IMG/VR virus record: IMGVR_UViG_3300030098_003235
Span: 1 to 51,201 of that record
Reading direction: 5' to 3' (one strand)
Length of the DNA: 51,201 bases
Origin: a virus
Lineage: Duplodnaviria; Caudoviricetes
Under the pieces are notes generated by a model. The model was given only the letters and a program-made list of their open reading frames with translations. It was not told where the DNA came from and did not search any database. Of this stretch, positions 41,434 to 51,201 are shown piece by piece. A program made the position numbers and the translations under genes. The stretch's first letter is position 1. Each line of letters begins with the position of its first letter.

Positions 41434-43366
41434 TAATTATTTACCTACTTTGTATCAAGAGTTTATACATCTGTCACGTTACTCACGTTGGTTAAATGAG
41501 GAAGAGCGTAGAGAAACATGGCCCGAAACAGTAGGAAGATATTTTACTTTTTTTGAAGAACATTTAAAAGAATTACATGACTATAATATTCCGAGTAAAA
41601 CACTAAAAGAACTTGAAGAGGCCGTATTATCATTAAAAGTAATGCCCTCTATGCGGTGTTTAATGTCTGCTGGAGAAGCTCTCAAGCGAGAGAACATAGC
41701 AGGTTACAACTGTTCTTATGTGGCTATTGATCGTGTTCAAGCTTTTGATGAGGTCTTATATATACTTATGAATGGAACTGGTGTTGGTTTTAGTGTAGAA
41801 CGGCAGTTTGTTTCCAAGCTACCAGAAGTAGCAGAAGAGTTTCATCATTCTGATTCTGTTATACCTGTACCTGATAGCAAAATGGGCTGGGCAAAAGCAC
41901 TAAAGGAACTTATAGGTATGCTATATGTGGGGCAAATACCTAAGTGGGATATGTCAAAGGTACGTCCAGCAGGTGCGCCTCTTAAAGTTTTTGGCGGTAG
42001 AGCTTCTGGGCCAGAGCCATTGGAGTCTTTGTTTGAATTTTGTGTACAGATATTTCAAGGTGCCGCAGGGCGTAAACTTAATTCTATAGAGTGTCACGAT
42101 ATTGTGTGTAAGATAGGGGAGATCGTTGTAGTCGGTGGTGTACGTAGGTCTGCATTGATTAGCTTATCCAATCTATCTGATGACCGTATGCGCCATGCAA
42201 AAGCTGGGCAATGGTGGGAAGCTAATCCACAAAGAGCCTTGGCAAATAACTCTGCTTGTTATACAGAGAAGCCAGATATAGGTATTTTTATGGACGAGTG
42301 GAAAGCTCTCTATGATTCCAAGTCTGGTGAGCGTGGTATATTTAATCGTGAGTCTGCAATAAGAATGGCAAATAACAATGGTCGCAGAGAAACAAAGGGA
42401 TGGGAGTTTGGTACTAATCCATGCTCAGAGATTATATTAAGAGATCGTGAGTTTTGTAATCTATCTGAAGTTGTTGTGAGATCTGATGATAGCCCTGCGT
42501 CTTTAAAAGATAAAGTGCGAATGGCCTCTATTCTTGGAACTTTGCAGTCAACGTTAACTAATTTTAAATACGTATCTAAAACATGGAAGAAGAACTGTGA
42601 AGAAGAAAGACTCCTTGGTGTTTCTCTTACAGGAATAATGGATTGTTCGCATACAAATGGCAAGTATTTAAATCGCGCTGAACTTGGCGAACTTTTAGAA
42701 ACGTTAAAAGAGGTAGCAGTAGATACAAATAAAGAGTGGGCAAAGAAGATTGGCATACCCCAATCAGCGGCTGTAACTTGTGTCAAACCATCAGGCACTG
42801 TTAGTCAGCTTACGGATGCCGCCTCTGGTATTCACGCAAGACATAATCCTTTTTATATACGCACAGTAAGAGGAGATAAGAAAGATCCTCTAACAAAGAT
42901 GATGACAGAGTGCGGTTTTCCTGTAGAGAATGACGTTATGAAACCAGACCATACCTCTGTATTTTCATTTCCTATGAAGGTAGGTAGGGGCGCAGTATTT
43001 CGCACAGATATGTCTGCTATTGAGCAACTAGAGCTATGGCTTATATATCAGAAACATTGGTGCGAACATAAACCATCTGTAACAATCTCTGTCAAAGAAC
43101 ATGAATGGATTGATGTAGGAGCGTGGGTATACAAACACTTTGAGTACATGAGTGGTGTATCTTTTTTACCTTTTAGCGAACATACTTATCAACAGGCACC
43201 CTATCAAGATTGCTCTGAGACTGAATACAGAGAACTTCTTAGAAAAATGCCAAAGAATGTTGATTGGAGTAAATTATCTGAATGGGAAAGCGTAGATATG
43301 ACAACTTCTGCACAAGAGTTGGCGTGTACAGCAGGTGCTTGTGAAATAGTGGATATAGTATCATGA
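41426..43366 (+). CDS. nrdJ: Class II (B12-dependent) ribonucleotide reductase, monomeric RTPR type
   Basis: GTNPCSEI, TCVKPSGT, C-terminal CTAGAC; no beta-subunit gene nearby. Confidence 0.9.
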   Translation: MANNYLPTLYQEFIHLSRYSRWLNEEERRETWPETVGRYFTFFEEHLKELHDYNIPSKTLKELEEAVLSLKVMPSMRCLMSAGEALKRENIAGYNCSYVAIDRVQAFDEVLYILMNGTGVGFSVERQFVSKLPEVAEEFHHSDSVIPVPDSKMGWAKALKELIGMLYVGQIPKWDMSKVRPAGAPLKVFGGRASGPEPLESLFEFCVQIFQGAAGRKLNSIECHDIVCKIGEIVVVGGVRRSALISLSNLSDDRMRHAKAGQWWEANPQRALANNSACYTEKPDIGIFMDEWKALYDSKSGERGIFNRESAIRMANNNGRRETKGWEFGTNPCSEIILRDREFCNLSEVVVRSDDSPASLKDKVRMASILGTLQSTLTNFKYVSKTWKKNCEEERLLGVSLTGIMDCSHTNGKYLNRAELGELLETLKEVAVDTNKEWAKKIGIPQSAAVTCVKPSGTVSQLTDAASGIHARHNPFYIRTVRGDKKDPLTKMMTECGFPVENDVMKPDHTSVFSFPMKVGRGAVFRTDMSAIEQLELWLIYQKHWCEHKPSVTISVKEHEWIDVGAWVYKHFEYMSGVSFLPFSEHTYQQAPYQDCSETEYRELLRKMPKNVDWSKLSEWESVDMTTSAQELACTAGACEIVDIVS

Positions 43367-43830
43367 TAGAAGTTTCTGTAGATCCTAAAGTAATAGAGCT
43401 ATCAAAATCAAGAGCAATAAAGATGGGTGTAATAAATAACTCTATCATGCAAGGTGATGGATCTATAGCAGGTTTTGTAGGAGAGTATGTAACCGCAGAT
43501 ATACTTAACGGTGAGGTTATGGATACATACGATTATGATATACTGTTACGTAATTATGACACAGTAGATGTAAAGACTAAACGTGTCTCTTCAGCACCTA
43601 AAGATTATTATTCTTGTTCTGTTGCAAACTATAACACCAAGCAAAAATGTAACTACTATGCTTTTACAAGAGTTCTTAATAATATGAGCAAAGCGTGGTA
43701 CTTAGGAAAAATACATAGAGAGAGGTTTTACGACATAGCAACCTTTCATAAAAAAGGAGATGTTGATCCAGATAACAGTTTTATTTTTAGAGCAGACTGT
43801 TATAATATACCTATCAGGGAACTAGAGTAA
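43363..43830 (+). CDS. Conserved phage protein, possible nuclease fold
   Basis: G..GE...YDYD....VDVKTK motif. Confidence 0.6.
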   Translation: MIEVSVDPKVIELSKSRAIKMGVINNSIMQGDGSIAGFVGEYVTADILNGEVMDTYDYDILLRNYDTVDVKTKRVSSAPKDYYSCSVANYNTKQKCNYYAFTRVLNNMSKAWYLGKIHRERFYDIATFHKKGDVDPDNSFIFRADCYNIPIRELE

Positions 43831-44063
43831 TGAGTAGTAAAAACAACATAGCACTTTTATATCAATTCAAAGTCAGTTTAAATACAAATGGAGAACTTGT
43901 TGTAGATTGGCAAGGCCCACCATCATCACATGATGTAATAAACGCATTTGATGAGTGGAATGAAGATTACGAACAGACAAAAAAAATAGCCTCGCTGTGC
44001 GATCACTTGCGAGACTATAGTAATTTTCAGTATGATGAGATTAGAAAGCTACTTTCTACCTAA
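43830..44063 (+). CDS. Hypothetical protein
   Basis: 77 aa, TAATG-coupled, last gene of the replication arm. Confidence 0.6.
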   Translation: MSSKNNIALLYQFKVSLNTNGELVVDWQGPPSSHDVINAFDEWNEDYEQTKKIASLCDHLRDYSNFQYDEIRKLLST

Positions 44064-44163
44064 AAAATAGCGATATCGACGCTAGGTGGGGTAGAAGGCC
44101 CATACAGAAGAAAGTGGTTCTTTTGTAGGGTAAGGGTGCCAAGACATAAGAGATAGATACTCT

Positions 44164-44191
44164 ACAGGGCTGTATGGCCCTGTTTTTTTTT
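44164..44191 (+). terminator. Intrinsic terminator between the converging arms
   Basis: acagggc-tgtatg-gccctgt + T-run. Confidence 0.8.
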
Positions 44192-44194
44192 AAA

Positions 44195-44569
44195 TTACTT
44201 GGCGTTTTCGTTATTTATAGCTTTTTCGTAGTATATTATGATTTGTTTTTGTTGTTCTATGTATCTTTTGATCTCAGACATATTAAGCGCAAGATTTTCA
44301 TAATCTCTTACACTTATTGCGTAGAATAAAAAGCTTCCTACATCTTTTTGATATTTTGTTTTAAATTTTTCAAAGTTTTCTTCTGTAACTACATAGAACT
44401 GTATGTCTGTCATATCGACAGGACGAGGGCGTGATTGTACAGGAATCTTTCTCTGTACTTCTATCGTGCTTACTTTTAGTTCTTTAGTTTTTTTCCAAAA
44501 GGTACAGCCACTATTTAGAATCAGGAGTGGTAATACGCTCAAGGCTATTAAGTAATTTCTTAGTGCCAT
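44195..44569 (-). CDS. o-spanin-like lipoprotein
   Basis: Lipobox-like LNSGC; YENLALNM.EI.RYI.QQK.II.YYE; overlaps the upstream TM coiled-coil gene. Confidence 0.7.
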   Translation of the reverse strand: MALRNYLIALSVLPLLILNSGCTFWKKTKELKVSTIEVQRKIPVQSRPRPVDMTDIQFYVVTEENFEKFKTKYQKDVGSFLFYAISVRDYENLALNMSEIKRYIEQQKQIIIYYEKAINNENAK

Positions 44570-44897
44570 TGTTTATCTTCTTTTCTACTAAATCGGGTTT
44601 CTGTTGACTTAACCTTGTCAGGTCATGTTTTCTAAGTGCGCCTATCAATTTGTTTCTATACTTATTAGCTATCTCTAGCTTATTGTGAAGCCCTCTATTT
44701 AGTTTTTCAAATTTTTTTCTATCTTTTACCATAGTTTTAATAGTATGGTCTTGTTGTTGTTTTGCTGTTTCTAACTTAGCATTGTTCTTTGTAAGTATGT
44801 CAATACGTTCTTGAGTATCCTTATAGTAATAATATCCACCATAAGCGACAGATCCTACAAATCCTAAAACCATAATTAACATGTATACTTTTAACAT
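44511..44897 (-). CDS. i-spanin-like protein
   Basis: N-terminal TM helix plus coiled coil. Confidence 0.7.
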   Translation of the reverse strand: MLKVYMLIMVLGFVGSVAYGGYYYYKDTQERIDILTKNNAKLETAKQQQDHTIKTMVKDRKKFEKLNRGLHNKLEIANKYRNKLIGALRKHDLTRLSQQKPDLVEKKINNGTKKLLNSLERITTPDSK

Positions 44898-44898
44898 G

Positions 44899-45213
44899 CT
44901 ACTTACCTTTTGACATATAGGCAGTCATACCCATGTAAGCTCCCACAACTCCTGCCATTCCTATATAAAAAGTTGCAAAGAGTGATCCAAGTGCAGTTAT
45001 TCTTGAGTCAGGAAAGATAGGAAGAAATACAACAGCAGTAAAGACTATCATAACGATAAGGGATAACCATGCCATGCGACGTTGGGCATCCATTTTCTCT
45101 GCATTTTCTATTGCTTCCATAGCGGCTAATTCTGTATCACTAACCACTCCATCCCCATCAAGGTCTAGTTCAGAGTATTTACTATCTTTTTGTAATTTTT
45201 TTTGTCGGGCCAT
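44899..45213 (-). CDS. Holin-like two-TM protein with EF-hand-like loop
   Basis: DLDGDGVVSDTE, QRRMAW, two hydrophobic helices. Confidence 0.6.
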   Translation of the reverse strand: MARQKKLQKDSKYSELDLDGDGVVSDTELAAMEAIENAEKMDAQRRMAWLSLIVMIVFTAVVFLPIFPDSRITALGSLFATFYIGMAGVVGAYMGMTAYMSKGK

Positions 45214-45226
45214 GTTTCACCTATTT

Positions 45227-48200
45227 TTATTTAAGTCTTGCTTTTTCTAAATCTTTCATTTGTCGGTCTGTTTTTTCCTTTTGTTCTATTCTTTCATGGT
45301 ATGCTAAACCATTTATGAGAGTAGTAAAAATATTCGATCTGTATTTTCTTAATTCGGCTCCATCACTTTCAAGTATGGCAATTACTGCGTCTGTTACTTT
45401 TGGATTTTGCAATATTTCAGAAAGTGCTTGTGCTTTTTTCTTTCTAAGACCAAGTAAGGCAACTTCTGTTGCCACGTATTTCGGACTAATTATTCCACGA
45501 GATATGCTGTAAGCACGAGATAACAGTGACTCTACTGATAGCCCTCTTGGAACTGTATATTTTCCTGCCGCTGGTAATAGGGCGTTTTTTGGATCTCTGT
45601 TTATTACTCTGAGATACTCAGCCATTCTTTTTATAGTGTTATATTTTTCCCCTGTAATTTTTTCTAAGACTTCCTTATTTTCAACAACTAATTTAAACAA
45701 CTTCTCGTAGTCGAAATTTCTTATTACTTCTCCTGCTGTAGAAGTATCTACAAACTCTCCGTATGAAGCTTTAGAAAGTGCTTCTATAGTAATATCAGAG
45801 AATAGATCTCCAGCTTCTTTTTCTGATATATTTAAAGCTTTTGCTATATTGGGTATGACTCCCTCTACTCTAGTAGAAGCTAAATCGTCCTCTACAAAAA
45901 ATTTTAAAAACCCTTCAAAACTTTCTGCTTTTCTACTGGCCCCTCCTAGACCAGTATAATCTATTGCAGCTTCTAAAGCCTTTTGTCTATTATTAAATAG
46001 AGTATTGTTTTTTGATTTAGAAATTTTAATTTCCTTATTAAGATTTTCAATTCTCCTCTTTCTAAGGCTACCTCTTCCTATGTATCTTTCAATATTTCGG
46101 TTATAGTTAGTAAGATGTTCTAAATCAATAAAGCCTTCACTTTCTAAAATTTTTATAGATGGGCTATTTATTATTTTAGGAACTATATTTCCTCGTAATC
46201 TTTTTCTTCCCTCTTCAACCGTTCTTTCTACAGCCCCTTCTTTTTTTGCAAGTCGAGCAGCTTGTTGTATGGCTGGTTGATCTCCAATGTGCCTATATAA
46301 AAGACTTTGTATCAAAACTCTTACTTGCTCAAGTGATTCTTCATCTCTTATCTCGTATATAGCTTCTCCTAATGTATCTCTACCTGTGTATTCTCCGAAA
46401 GTTCTTTTGATAGATTTAATTATATCCGCTGCATCTTGAGAGGTTCCTTCAAAAAGTTTATTTGAATTTAACCATTTTACAGGTTCCTTTACAAAATCTT
46501 TGGCAAAAATTTTTGAAAGATCATATCCAATAGGATTTACTTCTTTATTTTTATACCGAGCAACAACATTGTTTAACCAATAATCTTTTGCCTCTTTTAT
46601 TTGTTCTCTTACTGACTCTTCTAAATTTTTATCTGCATCTATTTTAAATTTTTTTATTAATGATTCTGCCAAAGTTCCTAATTTAAATGATTGTGTTCCA
46701 TCAGTTGTTGATGCTGAAGATCTTAAAAAAGAAGAAGACATACGTTGTATATCTATTGGTTTTACTGTTACTTTTAGTGCGTTTGATGCATTTTCATTTA
46801 TATCTTTTGAAAATTCTTTTAATAAAATTAATACATCAAAATCAGTTATTATTTCGTCATCTCCCCTAGCCCTTTGAAAAAATCGTTTAAAAACATTAAA
46901 CGTGTTGAGGGGTGGCCCTTCTGCGTCAATCTCTTCAAAAAGTTTAGAGTCTAGTTCTTTCATTTCAGCAAGCAAATCTTTTCTAAAACTTGGATTGGCC
47001 CTTAATACTTGTCCTATATTAGTTGTAGCTTCTACATTTGCAAACGCTTGTAAAATAAACGCATTAGGAGTAATGGTAGAACCAAGTCTTGCCCTTAATT
47101 TTCCTGTGCGACCTTTAACTATAGTTTTACTGTAAACTTCTCCAGCTTCACCTGCTGTTGCGTACAAACCTTGAAGCCAATCTGTAATATCCAATCTTAC
47201 GTCTTTATCTTGTAGGGCTGTAAATTTTTCGCTTCCATCGCGGTGAAAAGTTGCCTGTTTCTTTTGCGCTGCCCTAGCAAAGTTTCTTCCTGCATTTTCA
47301 GCGTCTATTTGGTATTGTTCAGGTTTAAAATATTGTGCTAATAAAGTTTTTACATCGCTTTCAGCTTCAACATCACCTTTTCTTACTTGTTGAACTAATT
47401 CTTTTGCTTGTTCACCAAATCCTCTTACACCTGTTTCTAATTCTTCTCTTCCTGCTTCTGCCCCTTTTCTTTTCATAAAATTACTACTCATAATTCTTTC
47501 TATAAGTTCAATAATTTTTTCCGACGCATTTTCATCGGGATTTATACTAGGATCAGCAATTATACGCATAATATCATTAATAGTTTCGTCGATGTTTGCT
47601 CGACCTTGTGAAATTGCAGTTGTCTCAGTTTCGGTAAAACTTCTCATGGCTGTTACAAACGTGTTAAGCTTTTCACTTTTAACACCTGCCTTTTCTGCAG
47701 AGCTTGATAGAGTATCTATAAGAGTTCTAAATCCTTTTATCTGTTCTATCATAAGATCTTCATTGTTTAACGTATCTATTAACGTTTTACTTAATTTAGA
47801 AAAATCTTTAGATAAAGATTGATTTGTTGTTCCTGCATTTGCTAAAGTTTCTCTCATTATCATAAGAGGTACAAGTCCAGTAGCCTTGTCTATGGTAGTT
47901 TTAAGTAGTTCCTCATTTACTCCAGCCGCAGATAAATCAGATCTTATTTCACCAACATATTTTATTTGACCATATACAGCCGCCCTTTGGTCTTCAGGTA
48001 AACTCCTTATGAAAAAGGCAAAGTCTTCTGCAGCTTTTCTTGCTTCTTTACTAAGTCCTGTCAGCGCACCTGCTGGTATTTTACCACTTGCAACCATTCT
48101 CTCAACTTGGTCATCAGAAAGTTTTCCTATTGTTTGCCCTAAATCTGCAAAGAGAGTAGACGCTTGTTGTATTCCTCGTTTTCCAAGTTTTAATGCTCCT

Positions 48201-49480
48201 TCAAATAAAACTAAAGAACTAAAACCTCCTCCGAGTGCGCCAAATAACGCCCCTACTTCATTGCCATATATTCTTTCCCCTATATTTGCCCCTATCGCTG
48301 CACCAACCTCTGTAAGAGGAATAGCTATTAATTCTTTTGGCATTGCGTTTATTCTTCTTTGTCTCGCAATAGTTAAAGCACGTTGTTCTCTTTGGAACAT
48401 TTGATTATCTTTAAATCTATCTCTAGCAACCTTTTTTCTTTTTCTTAAATAGTCAACTTTTTTATCTAATGGAGATGTGCTTCTTAATAAATCATATGAC
48501 TTATTGTCCAACCACCTTTTTTGTTGTGCATTTCTATATAGCCTCTGCGCTCTAAGTGGCCCCCTAAAACTACCAAGAAAAGAATATACCTTTTTTTCTG
48601 CCAGATATCTTGATGCCTGATTTATCTGGTCTTCCGTAGCATTTAATGTGTTGATACCTTTCTTTTTTTGTTTATCAAATAAAAATTCTAAAGCATCATC
48701 AACTTGTTTTACCATATTTTTAGAATTTCTAAATGCAAATTTTAAACCAGCAGCAGTAAATCCAGCTACTTCTGGAATAGTTCGCATAACTTGTTCAACT
48801 ATAGTTGCATTGGGCCTTATATACTTTGTTAAAGCTTCTGCCTCTCTTCTTGAGATAACTTCTGTTTTATCAGAATAATTGTCTAGGACATCCTTAACAA
48901 AGCTAGATTTAGATCTAATTTCAGGTGTATCTGAATATATTTTAAATGTTGTTTTAAGAAACGCCTCAAGTTGTGGGTTTATATATTCATTGTCTTCTGC
49001 CTTTTTTACCATTTCAGCATAATATTTTGAATATTTTTCGGGGTCTTTTCCAGAAATAGAATTAATATCCATACCAAAAGGTTGCAGAGCAGTATTAACA
49101 ACTGCAGCAACGTTGTTAACAAAAAATGATCCTAGATCGTATAGTCCTGCAGATATATTCATTTTCTCTGTAGGACTAAGGAGCAAATCAGTTACAGAAG
49201 GAATACCTGTAGTTGTTTTTATTAAACTTTCACCATAAGCTCCTTTAATGGCTTCTTCTACTTCTCTTGTTCTTCTTGTTAAAATTCCCTTTGTAGGAAA
49301 AGAAGTAACTCCTCCTGTTTGTTCTAATCGCTCTCTATCTGCTCTTAATAAACTTTCTGACACATCACTTTTTAAAAGTTCTTCAGTAGATTTAAACCCA
49401 GTACCCAAAGATAAATCAAGATTTTTATTTTGATTTGTTCTTGCATCTTCTACCTCTTGTGGAGAGTATGTTATTGGCAT
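45227..49480 (-). CDS. Large internal virion / DNA ejection protein
   Basis: 1417 aa, helical, one Gly-rich hydrophobic stretch; last structural gene before the lysis genes. Confidence 0.7.
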   Translation of the reverse strand: MPITYSPQEVEDARTNQNKNLDLSLGTGFKSTEELLKSDVSESLLRADRERLEQTGGVTSFPTKGILTRRTREVEEAIKGAYGESLIKTTTGIPSVTDLLLSPTEKMNISAGLYDLGSFFVNNVAAVVNTALQPFGMDINSISGKDPEKYSKYYAEMVKKAEDNEYINPQLEAFLKTTFKIYSDTPEIRSKSSFVKDVLDNYSDKTEVISRREAEALTKYIRPNATIVEQVMRTIPEVAGFTAAGLKFAFRNSKNMVKQVDDALEFLFDKQKKKGINTLNATEDQINQASRYLAEKKVYSFLGSFRGPLRAQRLYRNAQQKRWLDNKSYDLLRSTSPLDKKVDYLRKRKKVARDRFKDNQMFQREQRALTIARQRRINAMPKELIAIPLTEVGAAIGANIGERIYGNEVGALFGALGGGFSSLVLFEGALKLGKRGIQQASTLFADLGQTIGKLSDDQVERMVASGKIPAGALTGLSKEARKAAEDFAFFIRSLPEDQRAAVYGQIKYVGEIRSDLSAAGVNEELLKTTIDKATGLVPLMIMRETLANAGTTNQSLSKDFSKLSKTLIDTLNNEDLMIEQIKGFRTLIDTLSSSAEKAGVKSEKLNTFVTAMRSFTETETTAISQGRANIDETINDIMRIIADPSINPDENASEKIIELIERIMSSNFMKRKGAEAGREELETGVRGFGEQAKELVQQVRKGDVEAESDVKTLLAQYFKPEQYQIDAENAGRNFARAAQKKQATFHRDGSEKFTALQDKDVRLDITDWLQGLYATAGEAGEVYSKTIVKGRTGKLRARLGSTITPNAFILQAFANVEATTNIGQVLRANPSFRKDLLAEMKELDSKLFEEIDAEGPPLNTFNVFKRFFQRARGDDEIITDFDVLILLKEFSKDINENASNALKVTVKPIDIQRMSSSFLRSSASTTDGTQSFKLGTLAESLIKKFKIDADKNLEESVREQIKEAKDYWLNNVVARYKNKEVNPIGYDLSKIFAKDFVKEPVKWLNSNKLFEGTSQDAADIIKSIKRTFGEYTGRDTLGEAIYEIRDEESLEQVRVLIQSLLYRHIGDQPAIQQAARLAKKEGAVERTVEEGRKRLRGNIVPKIINSPSIKILESEGFIDLEHLTNYNRNIERYIGRGSLRKRRIENLNKEIKISKSKNNTLFNNRQKALEAAIDYTGLGGASRKAESFEGFLKFFVEDDLASTRVEGVIPNIAKALNISEKEAGDLFSDITIEALSKASYGEFVDTSTAGEVIRNFDYEKLFKLVVENKEVLEKITGEKYNTIKRMAEYLRVINRDPKNALLPAAGKYTVPRGLSVESLLSRAYSISRGIISPKYVATEVALLGLRKKKAQALSEILQNPKVTDAVIAILESDGAELRKYRSNIFTTLINGLAYHERIEQKEKTDRQMKDLEKARLK

Positions 49481-49495
49481 TATTTTTTCCTTGGT

Positions 49496-51201
49496 TCAGT
49501 TGGTGGTATTTATTGCTGTATCTCTATCTTTTTCATATTGACTAGCATCAAATGATTGCGTAAACAATTTTCTAATTCCATCTGTTATGGAATTAGATTT
49601 TTTTGCGTCTGTGTTAACTTTAGCAGGTTCATTGCTAACACCTGCCTTTTTTCCAAATGATATTTTAGGCAGCTTATTTCCTTGAACTAGTTCACTAGAG
49701 AAACCATAAGTTATAGGAACAGTCTCTCCACTCATAAGATCAAAAGCAAACTTTCCACGTATATTTTTTCTAATTCTCTCTCTTTCTTCGTCAGTCCTAG
49801 CCGCTACGTATTCTTGAATCAGTGGAGCATTTACAACATATAGTCTATCATTGTCTCTGATAATTCCTAAAGTTCTAGAATCTCCTGCTTCTAATTTTAT
49901 ATCCCTTTCAATAAATGCGTTTAGAGCTACATTATTATATTTAATTACACCCGACGCATATTTATATTTATCACCAGATTTATTTATTGTATTAAATCCT
50001 CGCGCAGTTGCTGCTGTTAGCCTGTCTAAAAGAAAAGGTCTGCTGTAAGTATTAAAAGTAGAACCGTAAACCGTATTTAAAGGTTGATTTTTAAATTTAT
50101 CTTGAAATTTTCTATTGACAGTTTTAACAAAATGATCGACTACTCCATCACTACCACCTTTGTAATTTTGAAGTAGGTCTGATACTTTTAAATAGCTGGT
50201 AAATAAACCAGCATTAGCATTTGGCCCTAGTGCATTAGGAGTAAAAAATTGACCTCTTGTTAATGCCCTTTCAATAAAATCTTTTACTAATTCTAATTTA
50301 GCTAATTTTTGTTCTTTGTTTATAGTATCGCCACCAAATATTGATAAAGTTCTTGATACGTCTTGATCTGATATAGTTCTACCGCCTGTTCCACCCTGTA
50401 AAATAGCTGTTAATTGATAAGCTAGTGTCATTTCTAACGCTTCTCTTCTTGCAGCCGCTATTTCCTGTTGTTCAGATCGGGTTCTAACTCTTTTTTTTGC
50501 AAGCTCTTCTGCCTTCATATAGCGTTCTTTAATATTTTTAACTTTCGATACAAGCTTTGAGCCGTGGTCAAAAAACCCTCCGCCAGTAGCTGTAACTATA
50601 TTAAACATTTGTGTTGCTGCACCTTTTATAAAACTAGGAAGCGCACCTCTCATAACTATTAAATTATTAATAATTCCAGATCCTTCTCCTGTTTCATTAA
50701 CTGCACCAATAAGTCTTGTTAATGTAAAATTTGCACTTTCAGCAGCTTGGTATTGGTTATTTAACTCTTCTATTTTTTTTCTTTGGGTTGAATTATTTTT
50801 TAAATATGCCTCATAAGTAAGGGGGTCAGGAGGGTAACCGGGAGTACTATTGGGTAAAGTAGTATTTTGTTTAGCGTATATTCTAACCAGCTTAATGATA
50901 TCATTTTTTTTAATACGCCCTTGCTCATCTACAAAACCATGTTCACGATTAAATAACCATTTTCTTGCTTCTTCTTTCATTGTATCATCAGGTATAGCTT
51001 TTCCAGATATAAGTTTTACAAAAGGGCTATTAGCAGCAGACCAGTATTTGTTATTTCCTTCATTATTTTCTTGCTCCGGGTTCCAATCGCTTCCTATAAG
51101 GGACGTTAAGTTTGCTATATTTTTTTCAGGAGATATAACAGTAGTCATGCTTGTAGGTCTTGTAGAAGCATACACATTTGCTGCTAATTTCACAGCTTTA
51201 T
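49496..51201 (-). CDS. 3' part of the junction-spanning ~781-aa internal virion protein
   Basis: In frame with 1..739; LAYQL..ILQGGTGGRTISDQDV motif. Confidence 0.85.
   Translation of the reverse strand, partial: KAVKLAANVYASTRPTSMTTVISPEKNIANLTSLIGSDWNPEQENNEGNNKYWSAANSPFVKLISGKAIPDDTMKEEARKWLFNREHGFVDEQGRIKKNDIIKLVRIYAKQNTTLPNSTPGYPPDPLTYEAYLKNNSTQRKKIEELNNQYQAAESANFTLTRLIGAVNETGEGSGIINNLIVMRGALPSFIKGAATQMFNIVTATGGGFFDHGSKLVSKVKNIKERYMKAEELAKKRVRTRSEQQEIAAARREALEMTLAYQLTAILQGGTGGRTISDQDVSRTLSIFGGDTINKEQKLAKLELVKDFIERALTRGQFFTPNALGPNANAGLFTSYLKVSDLLQNYKGGSDGVVDHFVKTVNRKFQDKFKNQPLNTVYGSTFNTYSRPFLLDRLTAATARGFNTINKSGDKYKYASGVIKYNNVALNAFIERDIKLEAGDSRTLGIIRDNDRLYVVNAPLIQEYVAARTDEERERIRKNIRGKFAFDLMSGETVPITYGFSSELVQGNKLPKISFGKKAGVSNEPAKVNTDAKKSNSITDGIRKLFTQSFDASQYEKDRDTAINTTN
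49514..49558. repeat. 45-bp dispersed direct repeat, copy 2
   Basis: Matches 2074-2118. Confidence 0.95.
51103..51201. repeat. Second copy of the 99-nt terminal overlap
   Basis: Identical to 1-99. Confidence 0.97.

Noticed and set aside
49514-49558. 45-bp repeat pair as DGR template/variable repeats
   Set aside because: Both mismatches are at coding-strand adenines of copy 1, but two sites are too few, the repeat is short, both copies are coding, and no reverse transcriptase is present
51103-51201. 99-nt end repeat as a biological terminal repeat
   Set aside because: It falls mid-gene and its length matches a common assembler k-mer, so an assembly overlap is more likely

Overview
The window appears to be a complete, circularly assembled genome of an AT-rich, podovirus-like dsDNA phage. 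Bases 1-99 are identical to 51103-51201, giving a unit length of about 51,102 bp. It most resembles marine HMO-2011-type (Zobellviridae-like) phages: the family A DNA polymerase carries the inserted DnaJ-type CxxCxGxG pair, there is a class II RNR, and I see no RNA polymerase. A GcrA-like gene and an alphaproteobacterial-type secreted protein point to an alphaproteobacterial host (inference). Layout: (i) a minus-strand late arm (27106 leftwards to 1, wrapping from 51102 to 44195) with small basic proteins, TerS/TerL, portal, internal virion proteins, scaffold, capsid, adaptor, nozzle, tail fibre and holin/spanins; (ii) a minus-strand early block (27948-34008); (iii) a plus-strand replication arm (34157-44063). 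I found no integrase, stand-alone endolysin, tRNA, CRISPR array or reverse transcriptase. The best candidate for an undescribed system is a translationally coupled three-gene cassette of envelope-targeted proteins (4617-7230). Other notable items are a 45-bp segment shared by the 3' ends of two internal virion genes, tandem internal-loop hairpins before the scaffold gene, an ArfA-like peptide in its own transcription unit, a gene overprinted on the portal tail, and several small genes missed by the ORF track. All family calls come from motif recognition by eye, not database searches.
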